From positions 2,294,001-2,358,000 of the forward strand of contig JAQGDQ010000003.1 of the NCBI GenBank assembly GCA_030141605.1: a DNA stretch of 64,000 nucleotides. Reading direction: 5' to 3'. Position 1 is the first letter of the stretch. The number at the start of each line of letters is the position of its first letter. The notes under the pieces were generated by a model. The model had not been told where the DNA came from and searched no databases. It worked only from the letters and a program-made list of their open reading frames with translations. Made by a program: the position numbers and the translations under genes. Below, one piece after another: positions 1-14,500 of the stretch. This DNA comes from Tubiluchus corallicola. Lineage: Eukaryota; Animalia; Priapulida.

Positions 1-249
1 GAGTCAGCGTTGAGCTGAAAGTTAGTACAGTAATCTTTCTGTGTGTGCTCCTGCCGGAATTTCTACAGACGTTTGTTATAAATCTGTTACCTACATTCAG
101 CGTTTCTTTCACTGATATTTCAGTTCAGTTACAGCCTGAGGCTGCAACACTGTTAATTGTATACTGAGTGCAGCATACAGTTAAAACAGGTTCGAATTCT
201 TGACTTTTTCACGAACCCGTCAACTTCTTCGCAACGATCAAAATTCTCT

Positions 250-752
250 GGTATTTTGTAAACTGGGCTAACTTCGAACTCAGCTAGTTATTTTTTCTTG
301 TTTAAAGTTTAAGTGGTTGTATTTTAAGGGTACTGTATGCTCTAAGAAACAGTCTTTTGCAAATTGCTTAGTTTAGGTATTTTGTAAACTGGGCTAACTT
401 CGAAATCAGCTATTTATTTTTTCTTGTTTAAAGTTTAAGTAGTTGTATTTTAAGGGTACTGTATGCTCTAAGAAACACTCTTTTGCAAATTGCTTAGTTT
501 AGGTATTTTGTAAACTGGGCTAACTTCGAAATCAGGTATTTATTTTTTCTTGTTTAAAGGTTAAGTAGTTGTATTTTAAGAGTACTGTATGCTCTAAGAA
601 ACACTCTTTTGCAAATTGCTTAGTTTAGGTATTTTGTAAACTGGGCTAACTTCGAAATCAGGTATTTATTTTTCTTGTTTAAAGGTTAAGTTGTTGTATT
701 TTAAGGGTACTGTATGCTCTAAGAAACACTCTTTTGCAAATTGCTTAGTTTA
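250..752. repeat. Tandem repeat, about 4 copies of a 126-bp unit
   Basis: The motif GGTATTTTGTAAACTGGGCTAACTTCGAA recurs with its CTGGG at 263, 389, 515 and 641 (period 126). The copies are nearly identical along their whole length. Confidence 0.95.
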
Positions 753-3700
753 TAGTTAGTTTGGAGAGTTGTGGAGGCTTGAGAATTTTGGCGTGAGAAT
801 ATCGCCTGCAAGCTTTATTAACTTGGGAGAGTTTGTGTACAGCAGCTGCCTATCTGCTCAGCAACCTCACAGTTAAGAAATTGTAGCTGTTAACTCACAT
901 TTGTAATTCACATTATGCTATAATCCATTTAATTTAATGTTTTCATTAGAGCAGAGCTTAATCTTCAAGTGAGCACAGCGCACACAACAGGTAGCTAAAT
1001 TCACTGGGTTTCGTAGATGAGTAAGTTGCCCAAATGACTATAGGTAGTTTTTGTTCAGCGAAAAAGTAGGCAAAAGGCGCAGATTAATTTTTTTCTAGTG
1101 CAATTTATTATCTACTTTGTCTTCATTGTTCTTATCATTAGTTTTCATCGTACGCGAGTCTCTACCTAAAGACTTCACTTCGACATCGACAACTAAAATA
1201 ATAACAATTTTCAGTTGTAAAGATGATTTTCAATTTTATTGTAGATGCTAATAAATTTTCAGCGAGGATCATATAATGTTAGCAAAGCTATCAAGCAGAT
1301 AAAATTTAAAGTAAAATTTAGCGTAAAAATGGACTATGCACATGTAGTGAGGTCATAAAATTTTTATGCATTTTATTTTCCTCCAAGCCTTTTCTTAGCA
1401 CTTCGGGAAAATTACTTAGGCCTGGGCTACATGATTTATTGTAACTTGTCTACACAATGTTTTCAGCGGAAAATCAAGCTCACTCAAGGTATTCTCACCT
1501 TCTTTTTAGTCTGAGATTTGTAAATTCAAACTCGTTCATCGCTGAGTCATTTCTGCTTCCTGTGAACATGGTCATACACCACAGATCGTGACTCGTTCTT
1601 CAACTTGGGCTTTGTTGACTAGACTAGCTCGTGTTTGCGTTACGTATTTGTCTTCATGAGTGACCGATACTTTAAGGCTTTAGCGTGTAATCGGTGTGTA
1701 AGAAAGTTCAAAATAATTCAATTGATCTAGTAGGAGCAAAAAATCAGTTATGTAGTTTTATTCCGCTTTGTGTAGGCAAAATTTGTTACATTCGTTTTTT
1801 GGAGATTGCTTGCGATATTCACGACATACATACATTGCCTAATTAATTTTAAAAAATTAAAATATTACTAAGTGTTTATTAATTATAAAATTTCAGTGTT
1901 ACAGATTTTGACTGCACGTTTTTACCTTGTGGCTAAACAGTTGTCCACAGGAACAGGATGTGTAACTATTGGCAGTGGCAACTTCGGTTCGAACTATTGG
2001 TCGAGTGACTTTATGTTTTTACATCGTAAAATTATGTCAGCGTGGTCATCTTGAATTCAAGATAGTAAGTCGAAAAATTACACAAATCTTGAATTTATTG
2101 ATGAAAAAGTAAAAAATCTGAATCTGTCAGTCGATGCATAATTCATTCTACAAAGCCCATTTAAAGTCTTGTGACATTTCATTTCAAGATGATAGAACCG
2201 TAGGCTTTTTCAAAAATTATATTATCTCCACCGTGACACCATCTTCAACTTAAAATGGCCGATTAAAAATCCGTCTACTGTTAGTCGGTGCAGAATTTAT
2301 GCTAATATGTCCTTGTTAAGTTCCATGATGATCCGTTACAAATTTTCGGAGCCCTGGCCTTTCTTGCAAAACAACAACATTCAAAAAGGTAGCGATTTAG
2401 GTCTCGATTAAAAAATTAAAGGCTATCAATAAATTCCAGTGTGTAGAAGCATTCTGTGCTGTTCATATTAATGAGTAATTGGGTGTTATTGTTGTGCGGT
2501 AATAAACGACTACAGCCAGTGTTTTGGCTTCTCCCGCTTCTGCATTAAGTTAATTATGCATTAAGCATACACTGTTGAACCAGTGGTTCATAAACGAGCT
2601 GCTGATTGCCCGAGGTTTCTTTGTGTTGCGCTTGTAGATTAATTCTTCTTAGGTATATGGTTATGCAGATGACTCCCTAACTAATAATGCAAAAACCTCA
2701 GTTTAGTTGTCGTAACACAGAGGAACATCATCTGCAGATACTGCGTAATTAGTACGGAGACAATTTCCACCTGAAGAAGAACTGCTAATTATACACGAAA
2801 ATATTTTCTACTTTTCTAGAAATAAAAGCAATCTGAATCAGCGAGAATGCGGCTCACAAGTAGTATAAAATCATAATTAATACAAATTATATATATATTA
2901 TAATGTTAATATTTATACAAAAGCTACGAACAAGCTTGATGATTTTAAAGACGTCACATTTTGATATTTGAATGCAAATAAAAATAAGTGCTGCAACACA
3001 TAATATAATAAATTAGTACATTACATGCGTAGTCGTCATGATTACAATTTATTGCTAGCTTTCTAGACGATATTTTGTTCTGATATACATTTACTAATTT
3101 AGAATAAGTGAAAGGAATGAGAATGTTTAGTGTTGCTGGTACAATTTAAAATGCTTGAAAAACATAAGCTATACATCGCATGCAGGAGCACACGTACGAG
3201 AACACATTGAATTATATTTTTGTGTCTGGTAAATTGCGTCTTCCTTGAAGATAGTAGGAGAACCTAAACATCGTTGTTAAAGTTGAAATTTTTGTTCATT
3301 AAGAACTTCTACCTTCCCGGGTCGTCATTACTGCGATTTTGCGGATTCGTGGTTAAACTTATTCCATCATCTGGGTAATTACGGTAGCCAGCCCAGAGCT
3401 CTTTACCCCAAGCGTGTGTGCTTATTTCTTGCACTATTTTTGTCCCAATCACGCTTTCTTTTCAAATAACAACCAGCTCTTTTCATCAAAACAAGCTTAT
3501 CTGTGCTTGCTGGTGTTTGACTACTGCTGCACGTGTTCACAACAAAGCTGGCATTCTCGCTTTTTCAGCTTGCTTTTATTTTCAGGCAGTATTTATAATT
3601 TAACGAATTTTTCTTGGTATGAAAACTATTTAAGCAGCATCTGTAGACCACTTGTTATATGTTATACTATAGGTAGATGATAGGGTAAACAACTAAGCGT

Positions 3701-4332
3701 TGTAGCTGATGTGTTTATTTCAACTGGCAATTTGCACGCGATTAGTGATCGTCTGCTTCTGTTATTGCATCCTGTAATACATTAGATAAGACTGATAAGC
3801 GGAAGAAATTTTCCGTTTAGTGCTTCCCGCGTGTGTTACAGGTAGCGTGCTGCCATTAAATTGCTCATTTCACCCAAGGAATATCATTGGGTGCGTAACA
3901 GCACTGGCATTTTAACAGTAGTCCCAAGGTGATTATTTGTATTTATATCAAAAGAAGAAAATTGTTTCGTGCAGTTTTAGCAAGAAAGCATTTCTTTGCT
4001 GGCATTTGGAACTACCATGCACTTTAGGTTATGTCTTATGAATGGCAATTTTGGTATGTCGCTGTTAACACAAATTGACTGTTTCCTCTACGCATTTAAT
4101 ATAGACTTCACGTTAAACAAAAATAGAGTATACCGATAACAGCAGCAGCAGCAAAAAAGAACAACAGCAATTTCATCAGTTACAACGAAAACGTCCGGCA
4201 ACGACTGCAACGACAACATTCATAATGCACTTTCACGGCAGCTGGCTCTCCATGTTCATTAGTGCAATCATTTTAATTAATTAATAGCCACTTGACCAGT
4301 TAAAATTTATGGTGGTGTTACGAGCTGTTTTG

Positions 4333-5270
4333 GTACGTTTCCCAGAAAACTTTCATAGCCAAAGCGTTTCCCAGAGAAGATAACTTCCCAGAAAAAACTT
4401 TGCCAGAAAATATTTGTCAGAAAAAGTATTTCCCAAAAATATGTGTTTTTCGCTGCTAGATCTACTATTTAGTAGGATAAATTGGATAATGCCTTTGGCT
4501 TTTTTCTGTTTGCCTGTCCCCCTTACACCCTGTCATCCTTTCCTTCTCTTCCTCTCTGCCGCTCTGTCCCTGTACTCCCCCTGCTATCTCTCTCTCTTCC
4601 CCGCGCTCTCTTTCTCCTTCTCTCGCTTTCTCTCTCTCTCTTTCGCGCGCGCTCTCTTTCTATTTCTAATTAATTTAACTAAGAGGATGATCAGAATCAC
4701 TGAGAACGACGTAGTGTATCAAGTACAGCAGACAGTCAGAATGTGCAGTATTTTGCCCGCGCATTGTAACTCATTGTTTTCAATGCTTTAACAGTCATAG
4801 TCAGATGTGTGTACATCCTCCGCAAATCAGCGAAATAATTCGGAATAGCAGTGAAAGGAACTTTTCAAAGTGAGATTCCTAAGCAGTCACCCAACTAATC
4901 AGTTGTCAGGTTCGACACTGCCTCACTTGGGTAGCCAATCACACGCCGTGATTACTCACTATTGCGTATGTGCAAAGATCAACGTGATTCGCTATAATCG
5001 TTGCAAGTCTACTTTCTTTTATTAACGAGTTGATCAAATTTTTTATCATACAATCGGTATTAATCAATACACGTAGTTAAAATAAACAACTTTTCATTTC
5101 GTATAATCTAACTGCGCTTTAAAAAAATTTATTACATTTTCTGGGAAATGGCTGTTCTCGGAAAAATCTTTTCTAGGTAGTAAATTTTTCTGGCAAAAAA
5201 GTTTTCTGTGAAGTTTTTTGTCAGGGAAAATTTTTTTCTAGCAAAAAAACTTTTCTGGTAAACGAGTCTA
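4333..5270. mobile_element. Foldback/MITE-like non-autonomous element with inverted arrays of ~15-bp repeats
   Basis: The left end (4335-4440) is an array of TTTCCCAGAAAA-like units. The right end (5137-5265) is the reverse-complement array TTTTCTGG(G/C)AAA. The interior has a CT-rich microsatellite (4540-4665) and no transposase. Confidence 0.65.
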
Positions 5271-8200
5271 TGAAGTTACGAGCGTTATGAAATGCACATC
5301 TATGCGGTCATAGTTGCATTCGCTCTTATCGTTAACATTTGCCAAAAATGTCTTATCTAGAGGCACTTGATTAACATGTCATAAATTTGTCGATTGCATA
5401 TTTACAGCTGTGATGCTTATGGCGTAGGGCTGGAATTTCTGAAGGTTGTGCTTAAAATAAGAATTTTGATAGAGAATGTGCAAAGTAATTGAAAATATTC
5501 CTTTTAATGTATCTTCTAAAGGTTCTCAACAAGGCTCTTTGAACTGAGGTAGTTAAACGCACTTTGGCTATTTTGGCAATAGGATTTGTATCGAAAATTT
5601 TATACCTGATACCTTGTGTTGTGTTGAGATGAGTTGAAATGTATGAGTTTACTGGAACGCACTGGAGGCCATCTGCTGGCAGTCATTTTGACATTTTCAA
5701 CAATTCTAATTTAATATGAGATAGACGACATTGTACTGCCTTCAGGCACCATGTCTGCCCATCTCGGCGCTCGTCAGGAGGAACGTTTTCCAAAAATCCG
5801 TGTTGGTCCTAGAATGTTGTAAGGTTACAGAACCCTTCAATCCGTCGCTATGCTTGCCTTTTGGAGGTGTATAAAATATTCATGTATTTGCTAGCATATT
5901 CGATATATTCTGCTGTCGTATAGTGCGTTTCATTGCTCCTGTAAAGTGCGTGTTTTTGTAAATTATGAATTTGTAGAAATTTTCCTTTGCTGACGCGCTT
6001 GTTGCAATATCATATTGGCTGTTTCTGGTTAAAGTTGCGACATTTATGAAATTTGCGTCGGACTGTACTTTCCGTTGCATATCATTCAGCTTGCGTGATA
6101 ATCGAGCAAATTGTAATGTAAACTTATTGCTTTTAAAATTACTCGTTATTTGTAATCTATTATGCTATTAATTGCAGACAGCGGAAAGAACAGTAAGCAA
6201 TATTTCATTCGAGTAATGGAACTATCATGTTTTTTACAGCTTTTTCGTCAAACGCAACTTTTCCGAATCAGAAAGATTTTTTGAATTCTGTAAATTAGTT
6301 TCTATTATCGTAAAGTTTTTCATTTTCGAAAATTTATAGCCCTAATTATGGCTTTTAAAATTTTCGACATTGCTTGTGATACTGAGTACCAAACTGCAAA
6401 CTTCATGTTTTTTTCATAGAATGATTAATTCATAAGCCGTGCACTTAACAATAAATCACATTTTCAAAAATTTACCTCAAAATGAAAAGTATCTATATTT
6501 TTTATATTTTTCATAGTTTGCACTGCAAGACTTTATTTTGAGTATTCTTACAACAACTTGTGAAGTTTTAATTTTTTGTGTAAATAAATGTACGTAAGTA
6601 TTTTACCCACTCTAATAACCTTTTATAAGTTTATATTTCTTTTGTGCCTAGAATAATTGTCAAAACAGCTGTGTTTTCTTCTTATTGTTTCACACAGTTA
6701 TAGTTTTGTTGAATATAGCGTGATTGAAGAACTAATTCGGTGTAAATGTCAATGTTTTGTGCTTTCCGAATTCTCGCTCTCTTCTCATAAAAAGATAACA
6801 AACAAATTAAATTATTATATTTCCAAGCAAGTAAGAGATACGGCGTCATGATGGTCGGTTATGATGTAACATAGTCAACAATTTGTAAGTAGGAAAGCGC
6901 ATGCGTTTTTGTTGCAGGTGGGCTGAAACTTTTGGCGTTCTGGTCTTTCTGTTTGATACTTTACCTACCTTGACTTCTTGTTTACTAGCAAGGTAATAGG
7001 ATGGGGGTGGGAGTACGTGTTGTGCGCTTGGGCCATGGGGTCTTCTAAGGTCAGTAACCTTCACTTTTGGTTCGATAAACATGAGTATGATTTTATTTCC
7101 ACTCTTTATGTCTGAAATAACTCCCACTCACTTCAGGGACTAATACACTGAAACGCAGTTAGTTGTACAGTAACGGAGAGATGAGGCATGTGCAGTAATG
7201 TAGTAATGAAAGGAATTGTATATTACTGGCTTACTCGCGTAAATCCCAAGTCTAGACTCAGATAAAATCTATTAAATCTCGGTGTTATAAATAGATTGGG
7301 CACGTCCTGCAGTACTGCTATGCCAGGCGAACGTTTCTCAAGGTATTGTTTCCATTATTATGGAATACTTAAAGCTTTGTCCAAACATAGGCATGTTAGA
7401 CGTGAACACCTGGCCACCTGTATGTTGCTTCAGCGCTGGGCATTTGATCTGTCTACGGTTTTAGAATTCTACTGTATCAAAGGGGAACGCATTTCTATTA
7501 TGAAGTTGGAGATAACAGATGCGTCTTATATTGTTGAATGTATTAAAAAAATCATCGTTTGATGAAATGCAGCATGAAATGATGAAAAGCCCTCTGGTAT
7601 TATTTCATCAGTATACGTTTTAAGCACATCTGTTGCTTTTTGGAATATAAAAAAAGCATATTGTCATGTAACGTTTTATGAAATTGTCTTCGCATACAAA
7701 AAAAAACTTTATAGTTTTAATTAATTTCTTCCCTTCCCCCATTTATAGAGGGCTGCGCACCCTAGAATGGCAAATAGATGGTCAGTGGTCAATTAGCTGA
7801 CTTCAAGTAATAAATGATAGACTTATTGTAGTTCAGTTATATAACAGCACTGCTCAGTTCATACTGCTGTAATAGTTACTGTGTCAAACCTCAACCAGTT
7901 ATTAAATTTTTGAACAATCTTGATCCCGTGCCATTAGCAGCAACTAGCACGATTAAATTTTTTCTTGATCGTTTTTTTGCGAGAAAGACTGGTTTCGTGA
8001 GTAAATAGGCTATTTATTTTTAACCTCAATTGTGTCCTAGTTGCTTGGCTTTGACTAACGGAGTTATGTACATGACACCGGTCACGCTGCTTTGAATAAG
8101 GTTACGTTGCACGGTTGCACCAAGGCAATGTTTATTCGTGTCAAGAATGCTTCAAGTTTTTTCAAAGAAAAAACTGCTAAGTCTGTAAGAAAAGTACGCG

Positions 8201-8585
8201 TATGAGTAAGTCCAATGTTTGCTCAGCTTTGCAGCTTTTGAAACCTTTTAAGGCATTATTCAACTATCATTTATGCTTCATAATGTTTGTGGTTGGCGTG
8301 TTTATTAGTAAGGGTGCAACAGGCAGATATGCTCTAAAAAAAGTCTAGTAAATGTTTTTCAACACAATTTGTCTTGCATCCTGACGTAATTCTAGCATTT
8401 CACTGTTACGTACTTGCTGCAATGCTATGTCGCTAGCGCCGTCTAACGCCAAAAATTATATTAGTTACGTGGTACAGTGAGGAAAAGCTATTAACTGTAT
8501 AGGTGTAAAGTTATGCACACATGTAGTTGTCTTTCAATTTCTAATTTTCATAAATTACAAATTTAGTTTTTATTTTGCTTTTCAG

Positions 8586-11500
8586 CTGCAGGAGATATTC
8601 ATACTTTCCGTGAATTGACAAATCGCTACAAAGCTTCTTATCCAGATGACAAAGATATCGTGACTATTAGCAACCGCAAAAATAGCTTGTGCTTCTTGCA
8701 TGCAATCTGTGATATATCACCTGCAAACCTTCTTCGAGGGTAAGATAACAAGGAATTCCAAAGTTTTCTTAGCCGTTTTTTACAATAATACTTATGTCAT
8801 TTATATGTCACTAAATTAAAGTTTGTTTGCATCATTGTTATTTACTGCCTGTGACCTTTATGTTAATGTATTTATCAGTTGTATTTAGTTAATACATTCC
8901 TGTTAATTAGTATCTTATTAGAGCGAATCAATTTGAATTTTTTTATTTTTAGGTTTGACAATTTTAGGGACGATGAAGTACTCAGTGAAACTTTGTTTAC
9001 TGTCTATCCCTATATCTCTGCTGCTCAAACAGATATTGAGCCAGAAGATGACGAATTGCAACATAAACGGGTCTGCTTTTATTCACTTGTTGTATTTAAA
9101 CTAAAATTTGCAATAATTAAAGATACATTTAATAAACTATGGTGCAACTAAAATAATTCTGTCAAGAGAAATGCCACCTAGCAGGTGTAGAATTTAAAAA
9201 GAAAAAGGAGGGGTCAAACAATTTTTGGTGCATTTTCCTATACAATTAACATCTTAAAATATATTGTCGATTTTCCTATACAATAAAAATCTTGATTAGA
9301 AATACAAAGGAAATTTATAATCATTGTTAATTTTGCAATTTCAAACAAATAGTTGGTGTTTTGAAAACCAAATTCAGTACGGATAAATAGTACTAAAATG
9401 GTACTTTTGATTTTGTTTCCTAATTTTAAAGTGATTTTTCTAATTAAGTTAGCTGCTTATTACGTTTTTATTGCGCATACTCTCAAAGTGCTAAATTAAG
9501 CCCAGCTTATCAGGAGGCCTGCCTTTTTCTTTAAATTCTGGTGCTCAAATTATTGAGAAAAGGAGGCTGTGAGCAACCAAGTAGTCCTGTCAGAATCAGT
9601 AATGTTGTTGTGAATATTTCAAATTGCCATTGAATTCAGTTTTCAAAACAACATTATCAGTGGTTTATTTTTAGTTGTAGTTATGCATTGAATTCTATTT
9701 ACATATCTGTGTTTATTTTGTGAATGTAAATTTGGTGCTTTTCTGCTTTTTCTAGCCTACGTCTTTAGATATTGAAGATATTTATGGGAAGTCACCAGTG
9801 CGGACACCCACAAAGCGCATGTCTGTAGCTTTACGTGAAAGTCTCAAGTCTTCCAGACAAAGTCCTGTCAAATCTCCTGTTTTACCTACACCAGAAGAAG
9901 TGATACAGCAGAATGTAACACCTGCTGAAGTAGTGCCATTGGATGTGACTGGTTCTAGTTTCATTAGAATGATGCAATTTCGTCGTTCTCTCGCTCACAG
10001 TGATTACGAAACTAAACCTCGCAAACGTCGCCAACGGACAAAACGTAGAATAACCATGTCAGGTAAAATTTCATTGACATACGTGGTAGTTGTCTCAGCC
10101 TTTTTGGAAAAGTAATGTGCTAGTATTTTGGAAATTTGGTGAATGGCAATGGGTGATAGCTGCCCATCAAGTTGAATCTTCTCAAAGGATTATTTTTGGT
10201 AATGTGGTCCATTCTGGTCCCAACACAACAATTATATTTAGTCTTTCTGTGACAAATGAGGTAAAAGAAAATAGGAACTGATTTTTCCAAATGGCAACAT
10301 AAAATTTGATAAAATGCTTTCACTGTAGTAGAACAATTTTTACATCAGCTTTAAATTTTCAGGCCTTCCTCGTCCCCCTGTGGCAGTAAATGAGCAGCAA
10401 CAACTGGTAAAATTAAGAAACAGCAGCGCGGGCAGTTCCAGTCGTGAACGTCCGAAAACATTGCATAATGTTTCAACGAGCACAACTGATGAAGATTTGC
10501 TGGACGAAGACAACTCAGAATCTCTTTCACTGTCGCCCAACAACACATACGCATGGTGGAGATGTAACAGGACTAAGTGGCAACAACCAAGTGGAACACC
10601 CTCTAAATTAGACACAAGTCGATTGCCCAATAGGGTAGGCATTACAGCCTATACACTAGACCTGTTTTCATAGTTTTCCTAAATGTTTTGAAAGAAAACA
10701 CCATTATCGTATATACTGATTCCGTATATACTGTCAGTATACAAACTTCTAAATCAGCTTTGTGTGAAACTATGTCAATTTGATGAAGTTCTTATAAAAT
10801 GTTTTAGCACAGCTCTGTATTTGCATTTAAAGTTTATCTATAACTGCAGCTTTTTTATTATAGTGTTTGTCTCCAGCTTTGCTTGGCAGTGGAAATGGCT
10901 GGATTACATTCAGACATGGCTCTGTCAGCAGTCAGGAAAATCCTTATAGTTCTGTTGATGAATTAGAGAAGCCACAGCGTATCATTGCAAATTTATCAAA
11001 AAATGTTAAATATTCCTCACCAGCTATGCTTGAGGGTATAGTAATTTAATTATCTTTTGACTTCTTACATTTTCTTGCTTTTAAATGTCTCTGAATATTT
11101 TTCTGAACTTATGGTGCATAACTTTTCTATTTTTGTGCATGTCGCATGAGTTATTGTGTTTTGATATGTACATATTATACGTAAATATTCTCTGCGTGAC
11201 AGTACGGTATATGTACATTTGGGTTGAAACATTTAGAACCACTTCTGATATTTCAGGCAGCTGCTAAGTAATTTTAACTTGCCTGTATGTGGAGCTTAAT
11301 GTCGGGTGCCTTGTTTGTGGCAAATAATCAGGTAAATGTTGTCACTCTTTGCCATTATTTTAGATGCACCACCAGTCAAAATGGTACAAGAGGCGCAGCC
11401 TATGCAGCAACCTCCGATTGAACATGTAATTCTGTCAAATGTGCAGCTACGAGAAAACAAAAGGGCAGCTGACGAACATTCATCTTCTGGTAATTATAAC

Positions 11501-14500
11501 TTCTGCTGTTCTTAACTTCGCTTTCATGCTTTCAATCCCTGTATGTGCATTCATATTCATAGTACATGTTACAATCGTGGATGGTTAGGTATTAAAAAGA
11601 GCTTGTTGTGATGTGTTAATATTGGCGTATTTTCATTTTATGCCTTTGTTGCCATTTTTGCTCCAAATAAAATTTCTTTGCAGGCATTAATCTGATAATA
11701 ATCACTCAGATAAGTTCGTAGGAATTCCGGTAATGGATGAACCAAATTTTGTTACGCACGTCATTTTGATCGAAGATGTGGACATTATTTATTAGCATAT
11801 TGTGTATTTGCTATCTGTTACTAATGATGTGTTTTGACCAGACAGTAATTTTCACATTTAAGTATTACAGTTGTGCTATAATGTCTCTTGGTTCATTAAG
11901 TTTTAGTATTTGCTTAATTAGGCAACTGGAGTGGAAGCAGTAGTACCAGGCACTCAATCGAGTCAGAGAAACAAACAAATAGTTCTTCCCAATTTTCACT
12001 CGATTCCGCAGTAGCATCACATCGTACAGATTCGGAACGGTAAGTGATGCAGACAGCTCTGCGTTTCTCTGAGGACTAGCGATATCTCTACAACTTAAAT
12101 GCTGGTTATCTGATTATATTTATGGTTGTGCGTACATGTCATATTTAACATCTGATATGAGTTAATAATTATTATATTATATTAATTATATTATATAATT
12201 AATATTAATAATAGGTCTGCTGTATATTGTGCTTCAAAAGCTTTTGATAAAGTTAATTGTTGTCGATTATTTAGATTACTTTTGAATAAGAACTTATCCA
12301 GTAATGTTATCTGGTTATTGTTAGATTTGTATACACGTCAACAAGCGTGTATGAAATGGTCAAATATTAGATCTAGAGATATACCAGTGCATTAGCTTAT
12401 GCTAATGATATTTCACTCATTGCTCCTAGTGTAAGAGCTCTACAATGCAAGGTTTCTATATGTAAAGACTTTGCTAGAAAGTTTGATATCAATTTTTGAA
12501 ATGTACAGGGAAACAAGATAAAAAGTATTTGTATCATTTTTTCTAAACGCAAAATAATGTCAAATAAATTGTCAAAACCCGCTAATCTTACTTGAAGTAA
12601 CTGCTATGCAATTTTGTAATAATGTAACTCATCTCGGTCATGTTTTAACTTGTAATCTTGATGATAATAATGATTTATTAGCTAAGTGTAATGATTTTAT
12701 ATTTCTGTCAATCATGTTATTGCTAACTTTTCGTATCTCAGTACCAAGCTATAATTGTCAATATCTTGAACGTATTGCCACACGTATTACAGTTCCCAAA
12801 TGTGGAGACTAGATAAGAACATTAACATGTTGCTCTCATCATGGAATATAGCTGTCAGAAAACTGTGTTGTCTCCATTACAGAACACAGATATATATATT
12901 ACCGTTTGTAGCCTGATATTCTGCCGCCTCATAAACAATTCCAGAAGTGATTTATCAAGTTTTATTTTAAATGTTTAAATAGCAGTAATCACGTTAATCG
13001 TTATTTTGCTCAGCAAGCTCAGTATTGTTTCACTTCAGTTATAGGATACAATTTAGTGTCAGTCTCTAACCACTGTGGAATTAATTGTTCTTATCATGAG
13101 TTTAGATCTACGTCTCATTACTGATAAAATGTTAACATCACTCACAATAAGCTGGCAGTTGTTACATTAATAAAGGAAATTTTATGGAGTATAGAAGCCA
13201 AATATTTTTATTTCTTTAGGATGTCTGAACTATATGAAATTTTAAATTATTTGTCCTTTTCTTGAGACCAAAATGATAACGTAATTGATGCTATGGTTTT
13301 TTATTATTTTTTTACTTTGCTTTAACAAATTAACAAACTTTTTTTATTTTAACATGTACAGCTTGGACTAAGTTATTGTAATTATTATTATTATTTTGTT
13401 TTTTTCCCTTTTGTATTTATTGTGCCATATGAACAAATAGCATAAATAAAAATTAAAATGAGAAACCAGAATTAATTACATTTGTTCTAAATGGATTTAC
13501 TGTAAATATTTATTTTTTGCTTGTATTTTGTGATACAGAGTTGTAAAAATTGTCTCTTTTTGCAGGGAAGAGACATCAACCATGACAGGGTATAATTCTG
13601 ATGCATCTGCTGTTAGCAGTACCACACTGAAGGAAGTAGCGCAGTCTGTGATTAGTAACACAACAGCAAACTCGAACTTCACGAAACTCGGAGCTGATCT
13701 ATGGTTACAAAGTTTGGATGATAAGAGGGGTTCGAGCCCACTTCACGATGATGTTTTCGATGAGGCTACTGATACTGAGTCTAATTCTGCACAGAAAGTT
13801 GCGAGGCCATTGTCATTGTTAAGAGTTGCAGCTAACAAAAAAGCTGGACATTCTTTCAGTACTCACAGCAGCACAAGTACAGTATTAGATTTGGCTAATA
13901 GAAGTTTAGCTGGATCTCGCACAACCGTGCTCGATGTCAGTGGCGGCGGTGGCGCCACTGCTGGTGCTAGTGATTCTGGTTCATCTCCCACACCTGGTCG
14001 GACAGATGCAAAAACAGGAAACACAAGAAAACCTCCCCCACCACCTCCGAAACGCATAGATTCTTTGAATGAAATACAGGTATTGCCTGCAGTACCTACA
14101 GTAGTAAGCCAGGATAATTGGATAGCAGTTGTTGGAATGCCTTCAATGAAGCGACGTCAAGTGAGAAAGCCAGCTGTTAATTTTCGTGATCCTAATTATC
14201 CTAGTGATGAGGAGTTATTGCATTCACCATCTACTGATATTCCAATACGAGACCGTCTGCCACCAAAGTACGATCTTCCAATAGCATTATCAAAACTTCC
14301 CTTACCAACTGATGTTTCGTCCCTGTTGAAATTTCGGGACAATGATAACTCTGATCCAGAACATACATCTACACCAAGGTCCTCTGTACTATTGCGTGAA
14401 AGGTCTGATAGTGGAGCCAGCAGTACTAAGCGATTGTCGGGAAACATTTCATCAAGCAGATGGTCTGGATCTGATCAGGATAGCAGTTCTCTTGGATCGC

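Noticed and set aside
250-752. Possible CRISPR array
   Set aside because: Whole 126-bp units repeat with no unique spacers, the context is eukaryotic and no cas genes are present.
4414-4791. Hydrophobic 125-aa and 63-aa ORFs
   Set aside because: They derive from the CT microsatellite inside a repeat element.
4900-4930. GGTTCGA B-box-like motif suggesting a tRNA or SINE (also at ~189)
   Set aside because: No A-box at suitable spacing and no cloverleaf could be built.
10877-10890. Acceptors at 10876 or 10889 for the fifth resolved NHS-like exon
   Set aside because: Both are out of phase with the 10634 donor; the acceptor at 10863 restores the frame.
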